A DNA stretch of 64,000 nt from Candidatus Sulfomarinibacteraceae bacterium (GTDB lineage: Bacteria > Acidobacteriota > Thermoanaerobaculia > Thermoanaerobaculales > Sulfomarinibacteraceae). This document shows positions 22,687 through 31,600 of the stretch, piece after piece. Where the stretch lies: positions 128,001 through 192,000 of the forward strand of contig CAWCLO010000007.1 of NCBI GenBank assembly GCA_963796455.1. Direction: 5' to 3'. The position numbers and the translations under genes are program-made. The notes beneath the pieces are model-generated. The model was not told the DNA's origin. It ran no database searches and saw nothing but the letters and a program-made list of their open reading frames with translations. Numbering within the stretch: position 1 is the first letter of the stretch; each line of letters starts with the position of its first letter.

Positions 22687-24057
22687 TCAGGTCGGAATCG
22701 TCGGGAGTTCGATGAGGACGTCGAGACCGCCATCGGGACGATTCTGGGCGACGATCGAGCCTTCGTGGATCTCCACCGCGCGGCGGGCGATGGCGAGACC
22801 GAGACCCGCACCACCGGAGGACCGATCTCGTGCCTCGGCAACCCGGGTGAAGGGCTCGAATAACGATCCGAGATATTCCTCCGGAACTCCATCGCCGTGG
22901 TCGCTCACCGAAGCCGAGATCACGCCGGTATCACGATTCAATCTCACCTCGACCCTGGTCCCTTCGGGTGTGTGGCGGATGGCGTTGCGAATCACATTAT
23001 CGAAGGCGCTTCGCACCACATTCGGGTGGCCGCGCATCGGACACGACGCCGGTGCTTCGATACCGACCTGACGTCCAGCCGGTGCCGCCTCGAAAGATGC
23101 ATCGTCCACCACCTCACGGACCAGCACCGCAAGATCGAAGTCGACCGGATCCAGATCCGGTTCTCCCGCTTCCAGACGTTCCAGGAGCAGAAGCTGTCCG
23201 ATGAGCTCGTCAAGTCGGGTAGCCTCGCGTTCGATTCGATCGAGGGGTTTCTCTGCGTCCCCGCTGCAACGCGCCCGCGCCAACTCGAGCGCCACCCGTA
23301 GACGGGCCAGAGGCGACCGGAGCTCGTGGGAGACATCCCGCAGGAGCCTTCGCTGAGATTCGATCAGCGTCTCCACGTGCTCGGCCATGGCATCAAAATC
23401 ACGCCCCAGGGCGCCAATCTCGTCGTGTCGCCGCGCCACCTTCGGCCCCACTCGAGCGCCAAAATCCCCGACACCGAGACGATGGGTCGTTTCGCGCAAC
23501 GCCGCAACGGGTTGCGCCAGATAACGCGCCAAACCAAAGCTCACCAAGCCGACGATCAATGCCAGCCCGGCCAGCCGCGGCCACAACGCAGCCGGTTCGA
23601 GAAGATCGGTGAGCCCCGGCGGCCGGTGAATTGTGGATACGACCACGAGCTGCCGGCCCTCCGGATCGGTCACCATCCGGGCGACGAGATGGACTCCGCC
23701 CCGGCGTTCCGTCTGCTCGGACCCGGCGGCAGCCGTCCGCAGCGCGAGGTTGCGCGCCGCCCTCGAGGGTTCCTGGTGGCGGAGATCTTCTCCGTCTTTG
23801 GAGAACACATAGATGTTGGACCCGCCACCACCGCGGCCCCGCCGCGACCGGGCATCGATCGCGTTCACACCACCTTCGGAAATGATCGCGACCACACCAT
23901 TGAGCCGCCGTTCGGCCCACTCCGCCCCGTCCCGTTGCCAGCGCTCGATCCGGGGTCGCGAGCGGGTGAAAAAGGGCGAAGTCACCACCAACATGACGGC
24001 CACGACCACCATGGCGACCCAGAACCAGAGGAAGATGCGGAGGAAGAGGCTTCTCAT
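22687..24057 (-). CDS. Sensor histidine kinase, CpxA-like (HAMP-HisKA-HATPase)
   Basis: Two TM segments, HAMP, H-box 'DVSHELRSPLARL', N-box 'NVIRNAIRHT', 'DHGDGV', 'GGAGLGLAI'. Confidence 0.9.
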   Translation of the reverse strand: MRSLFLRIFLWFWVAMVVVAVMLVVTSPFFTRSRPRIERWQRDGAEWAERRLNGVVAIISEGGVNAIDARSRRGRGGGGSNIYVFSKDGEDLRHQEPSRAARNLALRTAAAGSEQTERRGGVHLVARMVTDPEGRQLVVVSTIHRPPGLTDLLEPAALWPRLAGLALIVGLVSFGLARYLAQPVAALRETTHRLGVGDFGARVGPKVARRHDEIGALGRDFDAMAEHVETLIESQRRLLRDVSHELRSPLARLRVALELARARCSGDAEKPLDRIEREATRLDELIGQLLLLERLEAGEPDLDPVDFDLAVLVREVVDDASFEAAPAGRQVGIEAPASCPMRGHPNVVRSAFDNVIRNAIRHTPEGTRVEVRLNRDTGVISASVSDHGDGVPEEYLGSLFEPFTRVAEARDRSSGGAGLGLAIARRAVEIHEGSIVAQNRPDGGLDVLIELPTIPT

Positions 24058-24070
24058 GCAAGCGTCCAGG

Positions 24071-24193
24071 TCGGGAATTCGGAGTTCGGAGTTCGGAGTT
24101 CGGAGTTCCACACGGTCACCCGTGGCGCAGCGGCATGCATGAAGCACTGGAATGAAAACAACTCAAAACTCATAACTTACAACTCAAAACTCC
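24071..24193. repeat. Inverted heptamer bracket (GGAGTTC)n ... (AACTCAA)n inside the regulator-kinase operon
   Basis: ggaattc ggagttc x4, then aactcaaaactcataacttacaactcaaaactc. Confidence 0.78.
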
Positions 24194-24197
24194 GCCG

Positions 24198-24899
24198 TCA
24201 TGACGTGCCACCGCTCGGTTTGACGTAGAGGTAGCCGATGCCCCGCAGGGTCTTGATGCGGTCGCCGCCTTCCGGCATGGGCCCGAGCTTGCGCCGCACA
24301 TTGGAAAGGTGGACATCGAGGCTTCGGTCAAAGGCACTGGCTCTGCGACCGAGCGCCTCCCGGGAAAGTTGGTCGCGGCTGACAACCGATCCGGCCGAAC
24401 GGATCAGGGTCTCGAGGATCGAAAATTCGGCACCGGTGAGTTCCACATCTTCACCATTGCTCCGAACCCGTCTTGCACCGAGATCCATCTCCAGATCACC
24501 CACTCCAAGGAGGGTCGGTTCATCCGCAGCCCGGTCCGAGTCCGAGGCCCGGCGCAGGATTGCCCGAATTCGCGCTACCAGCTCGCGAGGATTGAAGGGC
24601 TTCGGGAGGTAGTCGTCGGCACCCATTTCGAGACCGACGATCCGGTCCACATCCTCACCCCGGGCGGTGAGCATGATCACCGGAACCCGCGAGGTCTCCC
24701 GGATGCGGGAGAGCACCGCAAAACCACCGAGGCCCGGCAACATGACATCGAGAATGACGAGCTCGGGCTCGCTCTCGAGGCACCGTTCAACCCCGCGAAC
24801 ACCGTCATAGACGGCATCCACTTCGAAGCCTTCTCCTTCGAGGTACTCGGTCACCAACTCACAGAGCTCGGCGTCGTCGTCAACAATCAATACAGCCAT
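24198..24899 (-). CDS. OmpR-family response regulator, CpxR-like
   Basis: 'VDDD', 'ILDVMLPG', 'GADDYLPKPF' and winged helix 'DRSLDVHLSNVRRKLG'. Confidence 0.92.
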   Translation of the reverse strand: MAVLIVDDDAELCELVTEYLEGEGFEVDAVYDGVRGVERCLESEPELVILDVMLPGLGGFAVLSRIRETSRVPVIMLTARGEDVDRIVGLEMGADDYLPKPFNPRELVARIRAILRRASDSDRAADEPTLLGVGDLEMDLGARRVRSNGEDVELTGAEFSILETLIRSAGSVVSRDQLSREALGRRASAFDRSLDVHLSNVRRKLGPMPEGGDRIKTLRGIGYLYVKPSGGTS

Positions 24900-25039
24900 G
24901 ACACCCCGATCCTACCAGTCTGAAGAGGCGATTGAGACTTCTTTAGAGTGTCCGTGGGTTTCCTTGCTCAAAAGGGTCAACAATAAAGACACCCTGTTCG
25001 TTTCATGCAAGACCGAACGAAATTGCCAGGGAGGCAAAA

Positions 25040-25573
25040 ATGAAAGCACGAAACATCGTTCTCACAATCACGTTGGCGGTCCTTGTTGCGGCCCCGCTCG
25101 TCATCGTGGCACAGACCCCGCAGGGCAACGGTCCCGGCAGTGGTCAGGGTGGTCCACATCGGGGCGGCGGTCACTCTGGATCTTTCGGCGGCGGCCAGGG
25201 CCTCGGGTTCTTCGACCGCATGCTCCCCCGTGTGGCCGAACAAATCGGGCTGAGCGAAGAACAGGTCGAACAGATCCAGGGCGTCGTCGACGAGATCCGG
25301 CCGACCATGGAATCCTACCTCGAAGAGCTCCGGGCCGGACGCGAAGAATATCGCGCGCTGAACAACGACCCCACCGTTTTTGACGAAGGAGCATTTCGGG
25401 CACACGCCGACACGCAACACGAAATCCAGACGAATCTCAGGGTGGTTGTCGAAAAGACGAAGGCCGAGGTCTTCGGAATCCTGACCCCCGAGCAGCGCGA
25501 AGAGCTCGAAGAGATGCGCGCCGACATGGGCCAGCGCTTCAAACGGCGTTCCAGTGGCCGACGGGCCCAGTAG
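25040..25573 (+). CDS. Spy/CpxP-family periplasmic chaperone
   Basis: Signal peptide, Gly-rich linker, 'LSEEQ' and 'ILTPEQR' (LTxxQ) motifs. Divergent from the Cpx-like pair. Confidence 0.85.
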   Translation: MKARNIVLTITLAVLVAAPLVIVAQTPQGNGPGSGQGGPHRGGGHSGSFGGGQGLGFFDRMLPRVAEQIGLSEEQVEQIQGVVDEIRPTMESYLEELRAGREEYRALNNDPTVFDEGAFRAHADTQHEIQTNLRVVVEKTKAEVFGILTPEQREELEEMRADMGQRFKRRSSGRRAQ

Positions 25574-25593
25574 CCCCTTCTCTCCCCTCCTCC

Positions 25594-25631
25594 GCGGCGC
25601 CCGGATTAAATTCCGGCGCCGCGCCTTTTTA
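25594..25631 (+). terminator. Probable rho-independent terminator
   Basis: gcggcgcccgga-ttaaat-tccggcgccgc followed by a T-run. Confidence 0.6.
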
Positions 25632-25648
25632 CTTTACAGGAGGTCGTT

Positions 25649-26587
25649 GTGAGATACAGCGCACGGACAGCCCTCGTGATCCTGGTGGCGATCCTCGTGA
25701 GCGCCTTTCCAGCCTACGGAGCCAAACCGATCGAAAGCACCGCGATCGACTACGAGATCGACATCGATGGATCGTTTTCGGAGTGGGATGGTATGCCCGT
25801 GGTGTATCTCGATGAGTCGATCCGCCTTTTTGCAGTCGCCCACGACGACCAGGACATCTACCTGATGTTCCGCTTTTCCGATCGTCAACTGGCCCGGCAG
25901 ATCATGCACCGGGGGGTGATGATCTGGTTCAACGGCGACGGCAAAACCAAGAACAAAAAGGAAGAATTCGCGGTGCGCTATCCGGGCTCTCCGGACATTG
26001 CCACCGAGCTCGCCTCCGAAGGCCAATCCGAAGGAGCCGAATCGGGCGGACAGGGCTCGGGACGGCCGGCAGGCGGCCCACCACCGGGTCAGGCCTTAAT
26101 GCGACCGAACCCGGGAGAGCTGACCGTCGTTCGGAACGGCATCAAGGAAGAAGTCCTGGCGGACGCCGACTCTGGGATCGGGGCGGGGTCGGCCATCTTC
26201 GAGGAGGTCTTCACCTACGAACTCCGCATCCCCTTTTCCGAGATCGGCGGCAAGGTCGGCTCCTCCGATCCCTCTCAGAAGCGCAAGCTTGCCATCGGGA
26301 TCCAGATCGGTGGGCTGACCAGGGCCGAGATGGAGATGCTGCAATCCGAGATGAAACAGAGAATGGGAGACATGGCCGGAATGGGCAGCATGGGTGGCAG
26401 CAGAGCAGGCGGCGGCATGGGCGGCATGGGCGGCGCAGGTGGAATGGGCGGCATGGGATCTCCCGGCAGCATGGGGGGAGCTGGGGGCGGCGGCATGGGC
26501 AATCCCGATGGCGGGGGTGGCCGTACGCCGCCCGACATGGACCCCGAGATCGACTGGCTGACGGTCACCCTCCCGGCATCGAAATAG
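25649..26587 (+). CDS. Exported hypothetical protein with Gly/Met-rich C-terminal region
   Basis: SD aggagg, signal peptide, 'IDIDGSFSEW' (CBM9/DOMON-like start) and GGMGGMGG tracts. Confidence 0.7.
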   Translation: MRYSARTALVILVAILVSAFPAYGAKPIESTAIDYEIDIDGSFSEWDGMPVVYLDESIRLFAVAHDDQDIYLMFRFSDRQLARQIMHRGVMIWFNGDGKTKNKKEEFAVRYPGSPDIATELASEGQSEGAESGGQGSGRPAGGPPPGQALMRPNPGELTVVRNGIKEEVLADADSGIGAGSAIFEEVFTYELRIPFSEIGGKVGSSDPSQKRKLAIGIQIGGLTRAEMEMLQSEMKQRMGDMAGMGSMGGSRAGGGMGGMGGAGGMGGMGSPGSMGGAGGGGMGNPDGGGGRTPPDMDPEIDWLTVTLPASK

Positions 26588-26782
26588 GAACAAGCAACAA
26601 TGAAATCCGATCATCTCGTGCAGAGCGGTCTTGAATTCCGGGCCCGCCTCCTGACGACGGCGACCGCAAACCGCGATTCCAAATATGATCTCTCACCAAG
26701 AATTCCGCCGATGATGAAATTTCTCGAGCCCACCGAAGGCTTCTCTTGGGGTGTGGCTAAATCGCCAAAGGGGCGTTGAGCC

Positions 26783-29700
26783 GTGAAGGTCAATCCAATC
26801 ATCCGATTCGCGGTCGAGCGAAGAGTCACCATGGCCATGGCGGTCCTTGGCGTGATGGTGCTCGGTTGGCTGTCGCTCGATCGCCTCCCCCTCGAGTTCT
26901 TCCCGAGCTTTTCCTCGTCTCACATCTCGGTAGACGCGCCCTACCCTTCTTCGTCTCCGGCCGAAACCGAGCGCCTCATCGTTCGACCCCTCGAAGATTC
27001 CCTGAGTACCATCAACGGCGTCGAACAACTGACCGCCCGATCAACCTCGTCTTCCGGCAATGTCAGTCTTCGATTTGTCGACGGAACCGACATGGATCTC
27101 GCCGCGGTCGATGTCCGAGATCGGGTGGATCGGGTGCGCTACCGGCTGCCGGCCGATCTCGAGAGGGTCAGCATCCGGCGTTTCCAGAGCTCGAACCGTC
27201 CTGTCATGCGCTTCCATCTGAGCGCCGACTGGCCACGTGAGGAGCTCTATCGATTCACTGACGACGTGGTGGTCCGGCGCCTCCAGCGTCTCGACGGGGT
27301 GGCCGATGTTCAGGTGCGCGGCACCGAAACCCGCGAGGTCCAGATCAATCTGATTCCGGACCGTATGGCCGCCCTCGGCGTCAACGTCAGGGACGTATCT
27401 TCGGTGATCCGCGAAAACCACCAGGCGACGTCCGCCGGCACCGTCCGCGAACGATCAAAAAGCTTTCTCGTTCGCGTCGAAGGAAAACTCACCGATCTCG
27501 AGGAGATTCGTGCCCTGCCGCTTGGACGGGGGCTGAGGCTCAGTGATGTGGCGACGATCGAGATGGCCTATCCGGAACAGGATGAGTGGGATTTCCTCAA
27601 CGGAGAGGAGGCGCTCAGCGTCCAACTCTACAAGGCCTCGACGGCCAATCTGTTGTCGATGATCGACGCGGCCAAGGCCGAAATCGCCGCCATCCGGGAG
27701 CTGCCCGAAACCGATGGTCTGCAGATCAACATCTACCGTGACGACTCGGAGGATGTACGCAACGGTCTTTCGGAGCTCCGCAATACCGGGTTACTCGGCG
27801 GTGCCCTTGCCGTGATCTTCATGTACATGTTTCTGCGGCGCTTCCGCAGTACCCTGCTGATCGCTATCGCGATCCCGGTCTCGGTGGTCGTGACCTTTGT
27901 CTTCATGTATCTTTCCCGCCAGGCGGGGTGGACCAACCTCACGCTCAACATCATGTCGCTGATGGGTCTGATGCTGTCCATCGGCATGTTGGTCGACAAC
28001 TCCATCGTCGTCATCGAGTCGATCTTCCGCCACCACGAGGACCTCGGTGAAGATGCGTGGACGGCCACCCTCCACGGCGCTTCAGAGGTCGCACTGCCCA
28101 TCGCCGCTTCCACCCTGACCACGGTCTGTGTTTTTCTCCCCATGGTCTTTCTCTCCTCGGGCGGACGCTTTGCCATCTTCATGACAAACATCGGGCTCAC
28201 GGTGGTGGTCGTCATGGCAGCCTCGCTGGTGGTCTCGTTGACCGTCGTGCCGATGGTTGCCGCACGGCTGCTCTCGGGTGAGAGCGCCAAGGCGGGCAGG
28301 CTGTGGGACAGGATCTCGGGCCAGTACGCAAAGTCTCTCGCATTCATGCTCCGCCACCGACTGGCATTTGCGACCGCAGTGATCTTAGCCTTGGTCGGCT
28401 CGTGGTATCTCTACCAGAACATCGAGCGCTCGTTCTCCACCTCGTCGTTCGAGCGCAATCTGACCATCATGGTGGACGCTCCGAAAAGCTACTCGGTCGA
28501 GCAGAAACGGGCCCTTTACGACGAATTCTACGCCGTTCTCGATGCCAGACGGGACGAACTCGAGATCGCCAACATCACCCACACCTTTCGCCGCGGCAGC
28601 GGCCGGTCACGCCACTGGTCAAGCGACAACCGCTTCAACATCTATCTCGTCGATGAGGAGCAGAGCAAGATCGACACCGGCGAGATCCGCGATCGGATCG
28701 AGGCGCTGTTGCCCACCCATGCGGGGGTCAATTTCACCCTGACGCGTTCGATGCGCGGTCGCTCCGGGTCGGGTTCGAGCGTGGAGGTCCAGATCCGTGG
28801 AGACCGGCTCGAGATCCTCGAGATCTTCGCCAAGCGTGCGGTGGCCGGACTGCGGACGATGGCTGCCATCCGGGACGCAGACTCGTCGATGGAAAGCGGT
28901 GACGAAGAGGTCGTGGTTCGGCCCGATCGAGAAAGGGTGCTCGCATCGGGTCTCTCGTCGCAGGCCGTCGGGCAGAGCGTCTCATCGGCGCTCTCTTCAA
29001 GAGCGGTCACCTATTTCGAAGTCGGAGACCGGGAGATCGACGTCGTCGTACAACACCGTGAAGAGGACCGCCGGACCCTTGATCAGCTCAAGAAACTCCC
29101 GCTGGCCTTTGGTGATTCGAAGCTCACTATCGGCGCCGTCGCCGATTTCGAGACCAGCCCCGGGGCCCGTTCCATCGAGCGGATCGATCGCCAATCCACC
29201 CTGACGGTGACCGCCGATGTCGCCAGCGGAACCCCTTCCTTCGTGGCCCAGAAGATGGCGCAGCAGGCGGTAGAGTCTCTCGGGCTGCCGGCCGGTTATG
29301 AAGTGGTCGAGGGTGAGGACTGGATGCGCGGCGAGCAGGACGCCGGCGAGGCCCTCTTTCTTCTCGCGTTCGCACTGGTCCTGATCTACATGGTCATGGC
29401 CTCGCTTTTCGAGAGCTTCGCGCAACCGTTCACCATCATGTTCTCGGTTCCCTTTGCATTCATCGGTGTCGGGCTGATCATGACCTTCGCAGGACAGGCT
29501 CGGTCGTCGAGCTCGGACATGGGGCTCATCATTCTGGCCGGCATCGTGGTCAACAACGCCATCGTTCTGGTCGACCACATCAACCGCCTGCGCAAGCAGG
29601 GATTGCCGCGTGACGAGGCGATCGTCCTCGGCGGCCGCCATCGTCTGCGACCGATTCTGATGACCGCCATGACAACCGTTCTCGGGCTCTCTCCGATGGT

Positions 29701-29986
29701 CGCCGGTTACTTCCTGCCCAGCGTTTTCGGGGCGCCCGACGGCCGCGCGGCCTTTTGGGCGCCGATCGGTCTCGTCATCCTCGGCGGTCTCATCAGCTCG
29801 ACCTTTCTGACCGTGATGATCATCCCAACGGTCTACTCATTGATCGACGACCTCAGCACCTTTGTCCGGCGCATCGCTTCGACAGTTGTCCACGGCCCGA
29901 CGCAGGCCGTTCCAGTGCCCGTCCCCGTTCCTGTCCCCGAAGTTTCTCCCGACCCAGAAAATCCTACACATCGGAAAACACCATGA
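26783..29986 (+). CDS. RND efflux permease (AcrB/AcrD/AcrF family) 1
   Basis: 'IGMLVDNSIVVIE', 'GIVVNNAIVLVD', 'RLRPILMT'. Confidence 0.93.
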   Translation: MKVNPIIRFAVERRVTMAMAVLGVMVLGWLSLDRLPLEFFPSFSSSHISVDAPYPSSSPAETERLIVRPLEDSLSTINGVEQLTARSTSSSGNVSLRFVDGTDMDLAAVDVRDRVDRVRYRLPADLERVSIRRFQSSNRPVMRFHLSADWPREELYRFTDDVVVRRLQRLDGVADVQVRGTETREVQINLIPDRMAALGVNVRDVSSVIRENHQATSAGTVRERSKSFLVRVEGKLTDLEEIRALPLGRGLRLSDVATIEMAYPEQDEWDFLNGEEALSVQLYKASTANLLSMIDAAKAEIAAIRELPETDGLQINIYRDDSEDVRNGLSELRNTGLLGGALAVIFMYMFLRRFRSTLLIAIAIPVSVVVTFVFMYLSRQAGWTNLTLNIMSLMGLMLSIGMLVDNSIVVIESIFRHHEDLGEDAWTATLHGASEVALPIAASTLTTVCVFLPMVFLSSGGRFAIFMTNIGLTVVVVMAASLVVSLTVVPMVAARLLSGESAKAGRLWDRISGQYAKSLAFMLRHRLAFATAVILALVGSWYLYQNIERSFSTSSFERNLTIMVDAPKSYSVEQKRALYDEFYAVLDARRDELEIANITHTFRRGSGRSRHWSSDNRFNIYLVDEEQSKIDTGEIRDRIEALLPTHAGVNFTLTRSMRGRSGSGSSVEVQIRGDRLEILEIFAKRAVAGLRTMAAIRDADSSMESGDEEVVVRPDRERVLASGLSSQAVGQSVSSALSSRAVTYFEVGDREIDVVVQHREEDRRTLDQLKKLPLAFGDSKLTIGAVADFETSPGARSIERIDRQSTLTVTADVASGTPSFVAQKMAQQAVESLGLPAGYEVVEGEDWMRGEQDAGEALFLLAFALVLIYMVMASLFESFAQPFTIMFSVPFAFIGVGLIMTFAGQARSSSSDMGLIILAGIVVNNAIVLVDHINRLRKQGLPRDEAIVLGGRHRLRPILMTAMTTVLGLSPMVAGYFLPSVFGAPDGRAAFWAPIGLVILGGLISSTFLTVMIIPTVYSLIDDLSTFVRRIASTVVHGPTQAVPVPVPVPVPEVSPDPENPTHRKTP

Positions 29987-31443
29987 AGAAGTCCCTCTTT
30001 CCCACCCTTTTTCTCTTGCTCCTCACCCTTACGGCCTGCGGCGGTTCTTCAGACGAAAAGCAGGGAGGCGGCCGTAGCGGGGGCCCTCCGGGCTCCATGG
30101 GTGGAGCAATGGGGGGCGACCGGGCGTCGGCTTCGGTCCCTGTCCAGGTCAAGCCAGTGGCCCGGCGATCCATCTCACAGCACCTCGAGACCAACGGCAC
30201 CCTCGAGGCCGAGAACGAGGTCGATATCGTCGCCAGGACATCGGGGCCCGTGACCCAGATTCTGACCGAAGAAGGCCAGTTCATTCGCGCCGGTCAATTG
30301 ATCGCCAGAATCGACGATCGCGAGGCGAAGAATCAGGTCGCCATTGCCACCGTCGCACGCGACGAGGCGCAACTTTCCTTTGATCGGTCCAAAAAATCCT
30401 GGGACGATGGATTGGTCAGCCGTGAGTCCTACGACACCGCCTTGTCACAACTGAGCTCGACGACGGCGCAACTGGAATCCGCCGAAATCCAGCTCGCCTA
30501 CACCGAAATCCGGGCTCCATTTGACGGTCTCGTGGTGACTCGCGACATCAAGCTCGCCCAGTATGTGACCTCGGGCACGACGCTTTTCCGAATCTCCGAT
30601 TTCACTCCATTGCTGTGCCGGGTCGAGGTCCCCGAGAAAGATCTCCCGAGGATCAGCACAGGACAGACTGCACACATTCGCGTGGAGGCCTTCCCGCAAG
30701 AGAGGTTCTCCGCTTCGGTGGCCCGGATGCGGCCGACCGTAGATGCCGCCTCCGGGACTTTCACCGTGACCCTCGAGGTTGACGGGCAGGGCAAGCTGCG
30801 GCCCGGGATGTTCGCATCGGTCTTTCTCGAAACCGAAACCCGCAACGGCGTTCTGGTCATCCCCCGCGGCACGCTCGTCCTCGATTCGCTGGGTGACACC
30901 GTCTTTGTCAAATCGGGAGACGTGGCCGAACGCCGTGAGGTGGGTCTCGGTATTCGGGACGAAGAATCGGTGGAAATCGTCTCCGGGCTCAACGAGGGAG
31001 ATCTGCTGATCGTGATCGGTCAGGACGGACTCGCGGACGGAACCCCCATCTCGGTCCTCGGCGAGGAAACTCCATCCAGGGCCGCCGACGCCTCAACTCA
31101 GCCGGATTCCGGACCCCCACCCGAAGCAATCGAGGCCATGAAGAAACGCATGAAGGACCGTGGAATGTCGGAAGAGCAGATCGCAGAGAGGCTGCAACAG
31201 ATGCAGGCTGGAGCCGGCCGACCCGGCAGAGGGGGTCCCGGTCAGGGTGGCGGCCCGCCAGGAGGCATGGGTGGAGGCGGTGGTGAATCGGGCATCCCTC
31301 CCGCCATGGAAGAACGAATCAAGAATGCGTCGGAAGAAGAACTCGAACAGATCAAGGAGCGGATGAAACAATTCGGCATGTCCGATGAACGGATCGAAGA
31401 GGTCGTCAAAAAGGTTCGAAGCGAGGGTGGAGCCGAAAATTGA
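29983..31443 (+). CDS. RND periplasmic adaptor (MFP) lipoprotein with C-terminal extension
   Basis: Lipobox 'LTAC', 'EIRAPFDG', 'LRPGMF'. The ATG overlaps the permease stop. Confidence 0.9.
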   Translation: MKKSLFPTLFLLLLTLTACGGSSDEKQGGGRSGGPPGSMGGAMGGDRASASVPVQVKPVARRSISQHLETNGTLEAENEVDIVARTSGPVTQILTEEGQFIRAGQLIARIDDREAKNQVAIATVARDEAQLSFDRSKKSWDDGLVSRESYDTALSQLSSTTAQLESAEIQLAYTEIRAPFDGLVVTRDIKLAQYVTSGTTLFRISDFTPLLCRVEVPEKDLPRISTGQTAHIRVEAFPQERFSASVARMRPTVDAASGTFTVTLEVDGQGKLRPGMFASVFLETETRNGVLVIPRGTLVLDSLGDTVFVKSGDVAERREVGLGIRDEESVEIVSGLNEGDLLIVIGQDGLADGTPISVLGEETPSRAADASTQPDSGPPPEAIEAMKKRMKDRGMSEEQIAERLQQMQAGAGRPGRGGPGQGGGPPGGMGGGGGESGIPPAMEERIKNASEEELEQIKERMKQFGMSDERIEEVVKKVRSEGGAEN

Positions 31444-31573
31444 ACCACCAAGGCATCAAGTTCACCAAGATATTTTTCGGGGTAGAGGATTCGACCTCCC
31501 GCAGCACCTGCGCCGAAACACTGCCCGGACCAGGATGTTTCTCATGGCAGTCCCGGTGTCTTGGTGGTGAAAT
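31443..31573. repeat. Inverted bracket of CACCAAG / CTTGGTG units
   Basis: aaccaccaaggcatcaagttcaccaag ... gtgtcttggtggtg between the MFP and permease 2. Confidence 0.55.
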
Positions 31574-31600
31574 CTCCACGATCTACGATCGGTTGGCGTC

